Of a DNA stretch of 64,000 bases, positions 35,976 to 50,209 are shown piece after piece. A program made the translations under genes and the position numbers. The number at the start of each line of letters is the position of its first letter. Positions within the stretch are counted from its first letter, which is position 1. The notes beneath the pieces are model-generated. The model saw nothing but the letters and a program-made list of their open reading frames with translations, made no database searches and was not told where the DNA came from. Origin of the DNA: Felis catus. Taxonomy: Eukaryota. The stretch covers positions 167,650,001-167,714,000 of the forward strand of contig NC_058368.1 of NCBI RefSeq assembly GCF_018350175.1, in the 5' to 3' direction.

Positions 35976-36689
35976 GACCCAATCATATTGTGGTATGAAA
36001 TCCACTATTATACATTCTTGGTTAGGAATGTGGTAGGCTTTCCCATAAGGCTTTTATATGCCTGTGGTAGAGAATGGGGAGGAGGCAGGACCTGGCTGAG
36101 AAGGAAATATATGAAAAGTCCTAATAATACTTACAAAGCCAGAAATCATACCAAAAGCTGGGTAATTATAGTAGAGATGCATTTTGGTTTTACATGTACT
36201 TGAGTGGTTACTATAATCCAAAAAATTCCCCTTCCTTTCTTTTCTCTCTATTCTCTTACACCTTAAAAGTGTTCTGGAACTCCTCTATCTTTAAACATGC
36301 CCAAACTCTTTCTTAGTGTATGTGCCCATTGGCTTTCCTGTCTCTTCCTCTCTTTATCCTCCTTGCCTATTTTATTAGGTAGCATAACTTAACTTCTCTC
36401 CTGGAGAAAAACCAACCCTTCCTTCTTGGGAAGGGGGAATTAGAATATCCAAATAACAAGTGGGAGCAGAAAAAGGGCTGTGAATGTTCCCATTGGTAAT
36501 TTTTGTCCTTTCTGCTTACATAATTTGGCACATTGGGGCAGATCATTAGATATTCAGGTAGAAATATTTGAAAACTTTAGTTCCTTTGGCTCTTTATGCT
36601 TCTTCCCTACCAGCCTAACTATGATTCAATATGACATCTGCCTCCATCACTGTTGTGTCCTATTTATGCAATCTAATGTAGCTTTATTT

Positions 36690-37220
36690 ACTTATTTATT
36701 TATTTAGACAGCTGTATCGCATTGCTGATCCATTTTGAAATTACACTTAACTAAGCTTCTAGTGTTACCCAGTTATTTGTATAATTAGTTTTTGGATCTA
36801 ATTCAAAGATTCTACATTTGTTCTTTTTAAAATTCCATTCTGATGCTCTAGCTTATGAAGAGTTTTGGAAACTTGTCTCTGTTATCCAACATACTATCTA
36901 GTGCTCCAATCATCTTGTCATCTGTAGAATTTGATAGGAAGGCCATCAGTGTGCTCATCCAAACCTTTGATAAATATGTCAAAAAGGACAGGGCCAGGCA
37001 AGAACCCCGAGGCACACCACTATAAAATTTCCTTCAGGTTGACATGGAATTAGCATTCTTGGACATGGCTCTTCAATTATTGATGAAGTCACCTGACTGT
37101 GCTTGCATCCACTCCACATTTCTGTATGTTATCCACAAGGATTTCCTGAAAAACACTGTCAGATTCCTTGTTGAAATACTAACACATTGTGCAGCATTTC
37201 CTTGACCTACCTGATAAGTA
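36690..37220 (-). mobile_element. L3/CR1 LINE reverse-transcriptase fragment
   Basis: Minus strand ggtgtgcctcggggttcttgcctggccc gives GVPRGS (CR1 GVPQGSVLGP-like); ttctacagatgacaaga lies at the FADD position. Confidence 0.8.
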
Positions 37221-37225
37221 AACCC

Positions 37226-37640
37226 ATGTATTATTCAATTCTACTTCAGTTTCAAATGACAGAATTTCAATTTAAACTAGATTAGGCAAAAGAGATCATT
37301 TATAGGTTCACCTCTGTACATTCTATGCCATCAGAACACTGGTTCCCTCTGCCATCCTCTGTGTTGCCTTCATTCTTATGCCATCTCTCCACTCCTAGAA
37401 TCAAAATGTCTACCATCAGCTAGAGAGTTTTTGTCCCAATGGTTCCTCTAGCATCCTAGAACTGAGTCTCATTGTCTCTGACAGGATCATGAACCCATTT
37501 CTAAACCAAACCCAGGAAGATGTGATGATCTGGGTGGCCAGCCCTGGGCCCCTTGAAGTTGCTCCAACCAAATTACATGAACTGAGAAAACCTCAAAGAT
37601 AGCAATGCTATCAAAAGACAAACAAATGGATATTTTCTAT
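37226..37640. mobile_element. Old MaLR LTR (MLT1J/K-like)
   Basis: tttcaaatgacagaa...aactagattaggcaaaa; ctctgtgttgccttcattct; aggatcatgaacccatttctaaaccaa. Confidence 0.6.
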
Positions 37641-40600
37641 ACCTAAGAAAAACGTTTTACTTCTCTGTGGTATCTCTTAATCTTATTGTTCCAGAAAGTA
37701 TCTCCTGAACATACTGTTATCCATAGCTCAAGGATCATTCACATTATATCTACATTTATATACCCAGCTATTTTATTTATCTATATGTATGCATATAGAT
37801 AATTATTATGCAGTTGGAAGCAATGCTCTGCTTGGATAAATAATGTGTCATCAAAAGTTTATTTCTATAGGGATGAGTAATAAGTGTTCTCCATTCTGCA
37901 GCTGGCCAACTGATTACAAACCCACTCAGCACAGAAATCTGGGCAAGAGAGTCATCTACAATGAAGGATGGGGATATCATGTATGCACTTTGAGGTGGGC
38001 TGTTCTGCTATAAAGAGATAATTTCTTGGTCCTGATTCATTTGGATGGCAATGGTAATACATGATCCAGAATATAGTGGTCTTAAAGCAAAACAAAATGC
38101 CAGGGTTGAAAGCTATAAGAATAAAAGCTATGTTTTGGCTTTAATATAACTATTAGAAGCTATTATTAGTTGGATCTACTATTAGATGGATTCTCCAAAT
38201 GCATTTAATGGTCTAATTGGTTTCTCACCTTCTCACCAAGGCACTTTTCCAGACACTTAATTTTCTATGTTCTGACGACATTCAAATCCACGGATAAGTC
38301 TCAGTCACGTAGTACAAACCTGCTAATGAGAAAGTTCAGTGGTAAACACTGGAGAAAACACCCTTAGAAGACACTTTAAAGGATGCTTTTGGAGGAGAAA
38401 ATCTTGGAAATTTTTATATCATGGAATTGATCTAGAATCATTTGCAACCAGACTCAATGATTAAATGAGGATGGTTCAGGTCTGATTGCCAAACAGCTTT
38501 CTCATGTACTTCTACTTGACCACCTCAAACAATACAAGATGGCCTTGGCCTGAACTATATGCCTCTATACATATTGGGTAATATCTGTCCTTATCCTGTT
38601 CTTATTTTGTAGAATGTCCTGCCTTTGTGTGAACTTGATGTTATACCGAAGTCCATACCTGGACAGCAGAAGAATCACTATATCTCACACTGAACGGTAG
38701 ATAGGCAAGCAGCAAAGAAATATCAAGAGTATTGCCAGTTATCAGGAATGTATTACACTTTTACTGAATATACTAGATGTTAAAATAAAAACAAGGAGAA
38801 CAGTGGATATTTAAGGTCAGGAACCCAGTGGAGAAGACCAACAAATTACTTTTTTTTTTTGGACAAGCTACAGCCAGGCCATATAACCATGGGAGTGTTA
38901 GGACATCTTAGCACTTTTCAGTCTGATCGATAACATTAAATGCTGCAGTTAAGTCTGACAAAATGAAACTAGCAAGAACATATCAATGAACACAAAGAAT
39001 CTGATCATTATCACTCCTAGGATGTAAAGAACAACAACAAAATTGTAATTTATCCGAGGGTCTTGCCATTAGAAAATAGGGCAGAGTCTTAATTTCCTTT
39101 CCCATTTTCACAATAAGAAAGTCAATCCAGTGCTCCAGGCACTATTACATTAAATATTGATATGGAGTCACTGTATAGTAGGTTTTCCTTCTAAGAAATT
39201 GATAAATTCTTAATGAAGAGTAGGGAGACAGAGCCCAACATGAATGGATAATTTGTTCAAATACAGTTGACTTTTGTCTTTAGAGTTGTTCTTTTTCTAT
39301 ATTATATAATGAATGATTTTCTTTGGAATTTAATTTTTCTGACACTAAAACATACATACTTAATAAATCTTTCTAGATTCTAAATGAACATTCTTGGAAA
39401 GTTTTCATTTGGCACAAATAAAAATGAGCAAAACTTAGCGAGAAATCTCCTTAAAATCTGTATTTTATTTGAGGCCAAACGATCAATAGCTACTACTTTG
39501 GAATAAAAAAAATATCTAGTTGGCTGCATTGCTACCGCTAAAGCTGATTTCTGAACACTTTGAGGCTATTAGTGTTCTCTATGTTCTAGATACATGGGAG
39601 AAATGGAGACTATAGAGTTCTGAAACTAACAGGGCCTTGAGATGACCATCTGTGCCAGATTTACACAAAACCATCCAGATGCAAGATTGTCCTTTGCAAT
39701 TCAAAAGATCAGCTCTGTTCTCTTCTGCTCCACAAGTTTCCATTGAACACTTAAGTACAGAAGTGTAATGAGAAAGCTAGAGACAAAAAAGGTAAAGACA
39801 CAATTCCAGTCTTCAAGAGGTGTATTATTTAGAAGATATTCAAGCAGACATGAGAGCTAAACAGTCAAGATCACTCTGTGATATTTATCAAGCTAGATGA
39901 AGATATTCTAAGTTAGTGGAGTTAACTAAGGAAGATTTCTTGGAACTTTGAATTGAACTGTGAAGAAAATTACAGTGTTACCTTTTGGCCTCAGCTAACA
40001 TGCATTCACATGATATCAATGAAAAAGTCATGATTCACATATGTGGTAGGATCTGTCTCTGGATAAAGGAAACCACTGGGGAAAACTCTTGATAAGTGAA
40101 AACTATGTGTTTTATGGAACTGGATGTGTAGTTTTCTAGAGATTCCATCAGGGCACTGCTCAGGGGATGGCCAATGAGATGTTCCACATAACTTCAGATG
40201 ACCTCTAACAAGATAATCAGCAATTGGAGGGCAGCCCAAACTGTCCATCAGAAACAGCCATGGAATAAGATGATTCCTTCATATGAAAAAGATCACTTGG
40301 AGAATAAAACATATTGTAAAATTAGACAACCCAATAAAAGTGAAAACATATACTGTATTTAGAAGCAGGAAAGCAAGTGTCTTAAAAAATTATAGAGTAT
40401 GTTTTGAATAAACCGTAACTACAGCATTAAGGCTTAAGTCAAACGAATTAAAGTAAGTTAAGAAAAATAGCTATGAACAATTATATGCTAAGATTAACAA
40501 ACATTCCTACTGATCAGTGCCAAACCTTCCAGGTGTATCTGAACAAGAGACACTCAACCCAAGCTGTGAAACAACTGAACGAAGAGTCTTGTATTTGTTT

Positions 40601-40799
40601 TATGGCTCTGGTCTTGGTATCTTCAATGCCTTTGCTTTTGAGCATTTCTTTTCTCCTATGTCCTTCACTGCCTGATAGAAACTAAAGCTCTACATTTTAG
40701 TTGCATTCATCGGTGGAGTTTCCTAAGTTACTCATCAGTTCACATGTGTAGATTCTTTCAGTACTTAAACCTCCCTGTGGCTGATTCTTTAATCTCTCA

Positions 40800-41060
40800 T
40801 CAGCATGAGGCTATAGAGCAGGTGGTTGACAGTATGACTTTGGAGCTAGGCTGCGATCTCTACATTGTGACCCCATCGTATACCATTTGTGTTACCCTAG
40901 GCAACTTATATAAAGTCTCCAGTTCTCTATCTGTAAAATGAAAGTAATAATAGACCATGCTAATAAACGGTTGTGAACATAACAGTGATAATGTAAGAAA
41001 AGCTAAGCACAAAGTCTGGTCTACAGTAGGCTCTCAAAAACATTTGCTATTATTATCACT
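40800..41060 (+). mobile_element. MIR
   Basis: gactttggagctaggctgc...tgttaccctaggcaacttat...atctgtaaaatgaaagtaataatag. Confidence 0.8.
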
Positions 41061-41399
41061 AAAATAAAAATAATCATATTAATGTTAATTAACTTGGTTA
41101 CAAAGTGAATATTATTGTGCTATAGCTGCAATTTCTTAATGTTATCATCGAACATTTCCCTGCCTGATTGCCCTAGTAGTGGTCAACAACTAATTCCAAG
41201 TGAGCTTCTGAATTGTTTTTGGTCTTCCTGAGTCTTTTAAATGGCAATTGATTAAGATCCTGACCTGACTTTTGAGGACCTACCTGAGTTTGACCTTACT
41301 TTTTACAATGACAAGAACTAAACTACACCTGCAGGCAGGAGATTAACTTTTATCAAACACTTATCCTTTGCTCTTCTTTTTCTCCTGTAGAACTATCTT

Positions 41400-41565
41400 C
41401 TAATTTTAATAATTGTAGTGCTTATGGTTTATTATATGTTTCTCCCACTAGACTGTAAGCTCCAGGGGAAAAGGGATCTCTGCTTTATTCATGGATGTAT
41501 CTCAGTTACCTAGATGCGTTCCTGGCACATAGTAGAAGCTCAAAAAACATTTGTTGAAATGAATC
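41400..41565 (+). mobile_element. L2 3' end
   Basis: ccactagactgtaagctcca...cctggcacatagtagaagctcaaaaaacatttgttgaaatgaat. Confidence 0.85.
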
Positions 41566-43049
41566 CATTACTATTAGTTATAGGGTAATGAACATCACAA
41601 AGATGTGAAAGATCTTTATTTCAGTTGTCCTACTTTGGACTGTATTCATTCAAGTGTGGATTAATTAGGGCTGCCATGTCATCATATAGCCTTTCAGTCT
41701 GTGCACTGAACAGCCCTCGGAAATGCCTCTCACAGAGAATACAATCTCTTCCTGTTCATGAAATATGGAAAGCAAAGGGTCTCTGAATGAGCAACAATTA
41801 AGTGTGCCTCACTTTTGGCTAGTATAAAATATAGTTCTGTCAGCTGAGAGGCTTCCAGACCAATTGGAGAGATAGGATAATTATATAGATATAGATAACT
41901 GAAACTGTAAAACTCTTAGGAGTGATAGGTATGGTGTTGCCAATGCTGGAATTCAGTTTGGAGAGAATGGTAAAGGAACAGTTTAGAGGCAAAAATATAT
42001 TGACGTGTTCTCAAGATATCAAAAAAAAATCTATGGGACTCTGGCAGAAATTGTGAGGAGCAGCGTAGAAGTTCTTAATGTGGTAAAAGGAAGTATTCAC
42101 TATAGACATCATCTCTTCCAAACATTCATTGCTCAAATACTGACATAGCCTTTGCCCTCATAGAACTTACAGTCTATTAGAGTTGGCATGATTATTTATA
42201 CTCAAATAAATGTAAAACTACATCTCCTCAGGAGCACTTACCACAGATAACACATGCTATTAAAAATGTGTATACGGGGATTTTACCAAGATCAGGGAAG
42301 GCATGGGGATGCTTCCTTCAAGAAGAGAAAAGAGGAGGGAATTTGCTTATTTCTCCCGCTATTATGACTTAAGGACAGAAAGTATTCTATTTTCCCTTTT
42401 TGTTCTCAGGCAGTGTAAGAAACACAGAGTATATTTTTATTGAGTGAATGACTGAAGGCATGCAGATTTCAGAGCCTTGGATGCAGAATAGAGGGTTGAA
42501 TCTTGTTCTAAATTAGATTTCACTCTGAGCATGCTTTTACTAAGCTCAGAGGAAAATCCATTTCAGTCATTATTTTGCTATTTCCCATTCCTGGATCATA
42601 TCAGAGTCTAGGAAGCTTCTCTGAATCCTAGAAAAAAGGGATCGAATCTATATTGTCTATTCCAGTCTGAATATGCTAACCGTTCTTATTTACTGAGCTC
42701 ATAATAGTTCCTTGAAGTTTTATGACTCCCTGCTGTTTCAGACACAATGGCATACGGGAATCTTTACTGTGAACATGGTTTCACTGCCTAGATAGAGCTT
42801 AAAGCCATTGCTTTTGAAGTCTTGCCTCTTATGGGGCATTGCAGTAGAGGAAACACTCTCTTCCCTATCTCAGCAAACTTGAAGTCCTTTTATAAATCTG
42901 AAGCAATCACCCTCTGTCCCCTCTAGCTACCTTCAAAGTCTTCAGGGAACTCAGGTTTTAAGGAAGTGCCTTGTAGGCACCAGTTAGTACAAACCTCTCT
43001 ACTAAGGAAGAAGAGAGCCAAAAGGCTGGGATGCCTTTTTGGAATGGGG

Positions 43050-43336
43050 AGGAAGAAAATGGACTGGGGAACCTCTGTTAATTAATATATTAAGGTGTTT
43101 TCCTGCCACACCTGGATATTTGGAATTTTCCTTATAGACAATGATGCTTTCAGGTGGTTAAATGATTCTTCTGGTAAATGGGTATAGGATGGCTTGGAGT
43201 GGAGAAGGCATTGTTGGGAAACCAGTTAGAAGTCTATTGCCAAAATCCAGACATGATGTCAATGATTCTGGACCTTAGTGGTGGCATGGACATGGGAAGC
43301 AGAACAGACATTAGAGGCATATAAAGGAGACCTTAA
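43050..43336 (-). mobile_element. L2 fragment, left part of the host split by L1; resumes ~49470-50390
   Basis: accagttagaagtctattgc...ggaccttagtggtggcatgga; continuation gtaactgattgcatatag after the L1. Confidence 0.65.
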
Positions 43337-46267
43337 GCCTGGGAAGATGGCAGAGTGGGAGGATCCTAACCTACTTTTTCCCATGGATACACCTAGACAA
43401 CAGTTACATTAGGGCAACTAACCCAGAAAATGAACAAAAAGCTGACAAAACAGACTCTCCACAGTTAATGATAGAGAGGAAGCCACACTGAAAACAATAG
43501 GAAGGATGAAGTCTGGTTGGGAACCAAACTAACCACAAGTGGGAAGGACATCATAAGCACAGAGGAGGGATGGGAGCAGGCACCGCAGTAATGGGGGACC
43601 TGCCTTGGGAAGATGAATGTCCATAACATCTGGCTTTGAAAACCAGAAGAGCTTAACTTTGTGCGTTTTTACAATCATTGGGTCTTAACAGTGGGAACTT
43701 TACAAATCAGCAGACTTACCTCTGGGAGAGCTTGAGGGTGATAGAAAACTGAGTCCGTGCCCCAAAAGAGCCAGCATAACAAACAACACCTCCGAGATAC
43801 AGCATAGAAGCAGCAATTTGAAAATCACCTGGGGTATACGAGAAGAAGATTTATTTATTAATCCTAATGTGCCTTGGAGGGGCAAATATCTTCAGAAGTC
43901 ATCTTCAAGAACAGAAGATTGGCAGATGCCATTTCCTCCCTTATACCCAGCCCAGGTATCCAGACATTTGTGGGAAATAGCACCAACACTCTCAAAATAG
44001 CTTGTTAACACTGTGTCATGCCCCTGTGTTCTCCTGCAGATCTACACCATCAGGCCTACCCCACTGGGCAAGAGTCCCTCCAAAGGGATGCTACAGGTCT
44101 CATTCTGCAAGCAGCTCCAACAGTGACCAGCCCCACTCCAAAGTACTCTTGCCTTGGGAAGAGGGGAAGATATTCATATACATCAGTTTGACTGTATTAC
44201 CAGCAGTAGATTGGGAGGTCGACATCTGATCTGACTGCACACCCTGCCCACTAACAAAAGCCTCTCCACTGACAATGCAGGGAAAGTGCCCTACAGTTAA
44301 GTGCAGTTGCAGGCCTTGTAAACAGGCTGAGGGAAGGTGTCTGGTCTGACCCAACTACAAGGCCATGGTGGCCCCAGACTGGCCCCTTAATATCACAGGG
44401 ACTAAACCCTGCTCACAACAGGCAAAGAGGGTCATTGCAGCCAGCTGCACTAAAAGCAAACACAGTTCAATCACAGTAGTCAGGTGCATGAAACACACAC
44501 AAGAGACATCACTGAAGCACCAGGTTTTAGTGAAAAGGGGTTGTACTGCAGTGCACTGAAGGACCTCTTCTTCATAAGGCTACTACTTTCAAGATCAGGA
44601 GACATAGCTGGCTTTCCTAATACATGGAAACAAACACAAAGAGTTAGACAAAATTAGGAGACATAGAAATATTTCCCAAATGAAAGAACAAAATCACAGC
44701 AAAAGAACTAAATGAAACAGAGATAAGCAATATACCTGATAGAGAATTCAAAGTAATGGTTATAAAGACACTGGACTTGAGAAAAGAGTGGAAAATCTCA
44801 GTGAGACATTCAATAAAGAGATAGAAAATATAAAAAAGAACCTATCAGAGGCAAACTCAATAACTGAAATTAAAAATACACTAAAGGGAATAAATAGTAG
44901 ACTAGAGGAGACAGAAGAAGGGATCAGGGAACAGGAAGACTGAGTAATGGAAAGCAACCAAGCTTAATGGCAAAAATAAAGAGAATAATGAAAAATGAGA
45001 ATAGGTTAAGGAATTCAGGAACATCATCAAGTTAATAACATTTGCATTATAGGAATCCCAGAAGGAGAAGAGAGAAAAGGGAGCAGAAAATTTTACTGAA
45101 GAAACAATAGCTGAAAATTTCCCTAATCTGCGAAAGGAAACAGACATCCAGATCCAGGAGGCACAGAAAGCACACCCCCCCCATAGAAATCAACCCAAGG
45201 AGGTCCACACCAAGGCAATAATAATAACCAAAATGGCAAAACATAGTGATAAAGAGAGAATTTTAAAAGCAGCAAGAGAAAAGAAAATCGTGACATACAA
45301 GAGAAACCCCATAAAACTATCAGCTGATTTTTTAGCAGAAACTTTGTAGGCCAGAAGGGAATGACATGATGTCTCAAAGTGTTGAAAGAAAAAACCTGCA
45401 AGCAAGAATACTTTATCTGTCAAGGCTACAATTCACAACAAGGAGAGATGAAGAGTTTCCCAGACAAACGAAGTTAAAGAAGTTCATCACCCTAAGCTAG
45501 CCTTACTAGAGATGTTAAAGGGATTCTTTGAGCGGAAAGAAAAGGCCACAACCAATAGTAAGAAAATTAGGAAGGGAAAAAATTTCACAGGTATATCCAA
45601 ACATAGTAAAAGTAGTAGATTAATCATTTATAAAAACCAGTACAGAGCCTAAAGCACAAAAGCAGTAAAATTAATTATATCTATAAAAATCAGTCAAGGG
45701 ATTCACCAAATAAAAAGATGTAAAATATGACATCATATACATAAAACATTGAGGGAGGGAGTAAAAATTTAGTACTTTTAGAATGGTTTCAAACTTAAGT
45801 GACCAACAACTTAATATAGACTGCAATATGCATAGGATTTTATATATAAACCTAATGGTAACCACAAATCAAAAACCTGTAATATATATGCAAAAAAACA
45901 AAAGCAAGGAATCTAAGCATATCACTAACAAAATACATCAAACTGTAAGAGATGAGGGTAAGGGGGAAAAAAAGGAACAGAGAAAAGCTACAAAAACAAC
46001 CATTAAATAAGTAACAAAATGGCAATATGTACCTACCCATCAAAAATTACTTTGAATGTAAAAGGACTAAATACTCCAATCAAAAGACATAGGGTGACTG
46101 AATGGATACAAAAGCAAGACCTATCTAAATGCTGCATACAACACACTCATTGCAGGCCTAAAGACACATGCAGATTGAAAGTGAAGGGAAGGAGAAACAT
46201 TTCTCATGTAAATGGAAGGAAAGAGAAAGCTGGGATAGCAATACTTTTATCAGACAAAATAGACTTA

Positions 46268-46302
46268 TTTATTTATTTATTTTTAAGTTCACTTATTTAT
46301 AT

Positions 46303-46357
<55 letters not shown>

Positions 46358-46514
46358 GGGAGAAGTAGAGAAAGAGGGAGAGAACCAGTATTCCAGCAGG
46401 CTCTGCACTGTCCGCGCAGAGACAATGCAGGGCTCCAACTCACGAATTGTGATATCATGACCTGAGCTGAAACCAAGAGCTAGACTCTCAACCAACTGAG
46501 GCACTCAGGCTCCC
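46268..46514 (-). mobile_element. CanSINE with long (GA)n
   Basis: TSD agacaaaatagacttt on both sides. Confidence 0.92.
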
Positions 46515-46549
46515 TGAAGACAAAATAGACTTTATTGTTTTATTTCTTA

Positions 46550-46772
46550 TTTTTTTTTTAATTTTTTTTTCAACGTTTATTTATTCTTGGGACAGAGAGA
46601 GACAGAGCATGAACGGGGGAGGGGCAGAGAGAGAGGGAGACACAGAATCAGAAACGGGCTCCAGGCTCTGAGCCATCAGCCCAGAGCCTGACGCGGGGCT
46701 CAAACTCACGGACCGCGAGATCGTGACCTGGCTGAAGTCGGACGCTTAACCGACTGCGCCACCCAGGCGCCC
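46550..46772 (-). mobile_element. Young SINEC_Fc inserted in the tail of the next SINE
   Basis: Near-consensus, CpG-rich; TSD ttatttctta. Confidence 0.95.
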
Positions 46773-46782
46773 TTATTTCTTA

Positions 46783-46966
46783 CTTTTATTTTTTATTTTT
46801 GAGAGAGCACAAGGGGGGGGAGGAGCAGAGAGAGGGGGACAGAGGCTCCAAAGTGGGCTCTGCACTGACAGCTGTGAGCCCAGTGTGAGGCTTGAACTCA
46901 TGAACTGTGAGATCGTGACCTGAGTCGAAGTTGGATGCTCAACCAACTGAGCCACCCAGGTGCCCC
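46783..46966 (-). mobile_element. CanSINE
   Basis: Body ending gccacccaggtgcccc. Confidence 0.9.
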
Positions 46967-48520
46967 TTTTTTTAATTTTTTAAATGTTTTTCAACATTTA
47001 AAACAAAGACTGTAACAAGAGACAAAGAAGGATACTGCATAATCATAAAAGAACACTTCAACAAAAAGATGTAACAATTGTAAATATTTATGCACCAAAC
47101 ATGGAACACCCAAATACATAAAGCACCTATTCACAGATATAAAGGGAGAAATTGATAGTAATATAATAATAGAGGACTTTAAACCTCATTAACAGCAAAA
47201 CTTTTACTACTTGCAAATGACATAATACTATATATAGGAAACAGCAAAGACGCCACCGAAAAGCTACTAGGACTGATAAATGAATTCAGTAAAGTTGCAG
47301 GATACAAAATTAATTCACAAAAATCTGTTGCATTTCTACACTAATATTGAAGTAGCAGAAACAGAAATTAAGAAAACAATCCCATTTATAACTGCACCAA
47401 AATAATAAAATACCTAGGAATAAACTTAACTAAGGAGGTGAAAAATCTATACTCTGAAACTATAAAACATTGATAAAAGAAATTGAAAATGGCACAAATG
47501 GAAAGATATCCCATGCTCATGGTGGGAGAGAACCAATATTGCTAAAATGTCCATACTTTACAAAGCAATCTATAGCCTTAATGCAATCCGTATCAAAATA
47601 CCAACAGTATTTTTCACAGAAATATAACAAATAATACTAAAATTTGTGTGGAATCACCAAAGACCCCAAATAGCCAAAGAAATCTTGAAAAAGAAGGACA
47701 AACCTGGCAATTGCACAATCCCAGACTTCAAGATATACTACAAGACTTTAGTAATCAAGACAAAATGGTACTGGCACAAAAATAGACATAGAGATCAGTG
47801 GAACAGAATAGAGAGCCCAGAAACAAACCCATGATTATATGGTCAATTAGTCTATGACAAAAGAGACAAGAATATATAATGGGAAAAAGACAGTCTCCTC
47901 AACAAATAGTATTGGGAAAACTGGACAGATACATGGAAAAGAATGAAACTGGACAACTCTCTTAAACTATACACAAAAATAAACTCAAAATGGACTAAAG
48001 ACCTCAATCTGAGACTTGAAACAATAAAATTCCTAGAAGCAAACATAGGTGGTATCTCTTTGACATCAGCTGAAGAAACATTTTTCTAGATATATCTCCT
48101 TTGGCAAGAGAAACAAAAGCAACATTTTAAAGTACTGGGACTACACAAAGTAAAAGAGCTTTTGCACAGTGAAGGAAGCCATCAACAAAACAAAATGATA
48201 ACCTGCTGACTGGGAGAAGATATTTGCCAATAATATATTTGATAAGGGATTAATATCTAAAATATACAACAAACTGATACAACTCAACACCAAAAAGCAA
48301 ATAATCCAGTTAAAAAATAGGCAGAGGGACTGAATAGAAATTTTTTCCAAAGAAGACATACAGATGGCCAAAAGACACATGAAAAGATGCTCAACAAAAT
48401 GCAAATAAAAAATGCAAATCAAACCACCATGAGATAGCACCTCACACAGGTCAGAATGGCTAAAATAAAAAATGCAAGAAATAACAAATGTTGGCAAAGA
48501 TGTAGAAAAAAGGAACTATT

Positions 48521-48749
48521 GGGGCGCCTGGGTGGCGCAGTCGGTTAAGCGTCCGACTTCAGCCAGGTCACGATCTCGCGGTCCGTGAGTTCGAGCCCCG
48601 CGTCAGGCTCTGGGCTGAGGGCTCAGAGCCTGGAGCCTGTTTCCGATTCTGTGTCTCCCTCTCTCTCTGCCCCTCCCCCGTTCATGCTCTGTCTCTCTCT
48701 GTCCCAAAAATAAATAAATGTTGAAAAAAAAAAAAATTTAAAAAAAAAA
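48521..48749 (+). mobile_element. Young SINEC_Fc
   Basis: CpG-intact consensus; long A tail; 16-bp TSD agaaaaaaggaactat. Confidence 0.96.
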
Positions 48750-49033
48750 AGAAAAAAGGAACTATCGTGCATTGGTGGTAATGCAAGTTAATACAGCCAC
48801 TGTGGAAAACAGTGTGGAGGTTCCCCCCAAAATTAACAATAGAACTACCATATATCCAGTTATTTCACTACTTGGTATTTACCCAGAGAAAATGAAAACA
48901 CTGATTTAAAAAGATATATGCACCCCTATGTTTACTGCTGCACTATTTACAATAGCCAAGATATGGAAGTAACCCAAGTGTCCATCAGTAGATGAATGGA
49001 TAAATAAGATGTGATATATACATATATATGTAT

Positions 49034-49065
<32 letters not shown>

Positions 49066-50002
49066 ACACACAATGGAATATTACTCATTCATAAAAAAGA
49101 ATGAAGTCTTGCCATTTGTAACAACATGGATGGACCTTGAGGATGTAATGCTATAAGTTAGAGAAAGAAAAATACCATATGATTTCACTAATATGTGGAA
49201 TTTAAGAAACAAGTGATGAGAAAAAGACAAAAAAACCCAAAAAACAAAAAACAGACTCTTAAATATAGGGAAAAAACTGATCATTACCAGAGGAAAGGTG
49301 GGTGGAGAGATGGGTAAAAGAGGCAAAGAGGATTAAGAGTACACTTACCATGATGAGCACTGAACAATGTATACAATTGTTGAATCACTATATTGTACAC
49401 CTGAAACTAATATATTACTGTATGTTAATCACATTTGAATAAAAATTAAAATTAAAAAAAGAGAAGACTTTAGTAACTGATTGCATATAGAGATTGTGTG
49501 GAAAGGAGAAGTCAAATGCAAGCATGAGCCTTGCGTGTCTCAGTGAGGGCAAAGCATTGATTTGGAGAGATGGGAATGGGAAACCGGGAACATGATAGGA
49601 AGTGTTCCAAGATAGTCATTAAAAGAGATATTTAACCAGATGGTCAAGCTGTGAGGTTGAAGCTCTGAAAAAAAGATTTAAGTGCTAGGGAAGAAATTTG
49701 GGGATTCACTTGTGAAAGGTGATAGTTGAAAATGTGAAGACGGATGAGAGCTGAAAGAAAGAGAAAAGAAACCAAGACAAGGCTAGGTCTTGGAGTTGGA
49801 TGGCATTTGGGCACAGACAGCTAAAATCCAGAAAGTTATCTCATGAGGAAGAAGAGAATCTCCTCAGAGCACTATTCTTGAAGCTTCAGGGTAAAGTTGG
49901 GGTCAGTGAAACTAGAAGCATTAAGGAGGATAGAACGAGAATGGGCAACTCCCTATGATTGTTAGGAAACTAATATTAAAAACTGATTAGAGTAGGTTTC
50001 TT

Positions 50003-50209
50003 TTTTTTTTTAATATTTTATTTATTTTTGATAGAGACAGAGCACAAGTGGGGGAGGGGCAGAGAGAGAAGGAGACACAGAATCCAAAGCAGGCTCCAGG
50101 CTCTCAGCTGTCAGCATGGAGCCCAACATGGGGCTCAAACTCACAAATTGTGAGATCATGACCTGTGCCGAAGTCAGACGCCCAATCGACTGAGCCACCC
50201 AGGCACCCC
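50003..50209 (-). mobile_element. Felid SINE
   Basis: Perfect TSD tagagtaggtttctt at 49988-50002 and 50210-50224. Confidence 0.95.

Larger units (their letters stand above)
43337..49460 (+). mobile_element. Near end-to-end carnivore L1 (5' UTR, ORF1 ~44655-45530, ORF2 from 46019, 3' UTR), inactivated, with internal deletion
   Basis: 5' AAGATGGC (YY1-type motif) at 43344; ORF2 [54 protein letters not shown]-rich end; degenerate TSD aaggagacctta / agaagacttta. Confidence 0.93.

Noticed and set aside
38613..38696. Good plus-strand acceptor followed by a short open frame
   Set aside because: Only a weak donor (GTAGAT) and no recognisable peptide
46019..46465. 148-aa ORF starting at the L1 ORF2 ATG
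   Set aside because: N-terminal endonuclease fragment running into an antisense SINE; no functional ORF2
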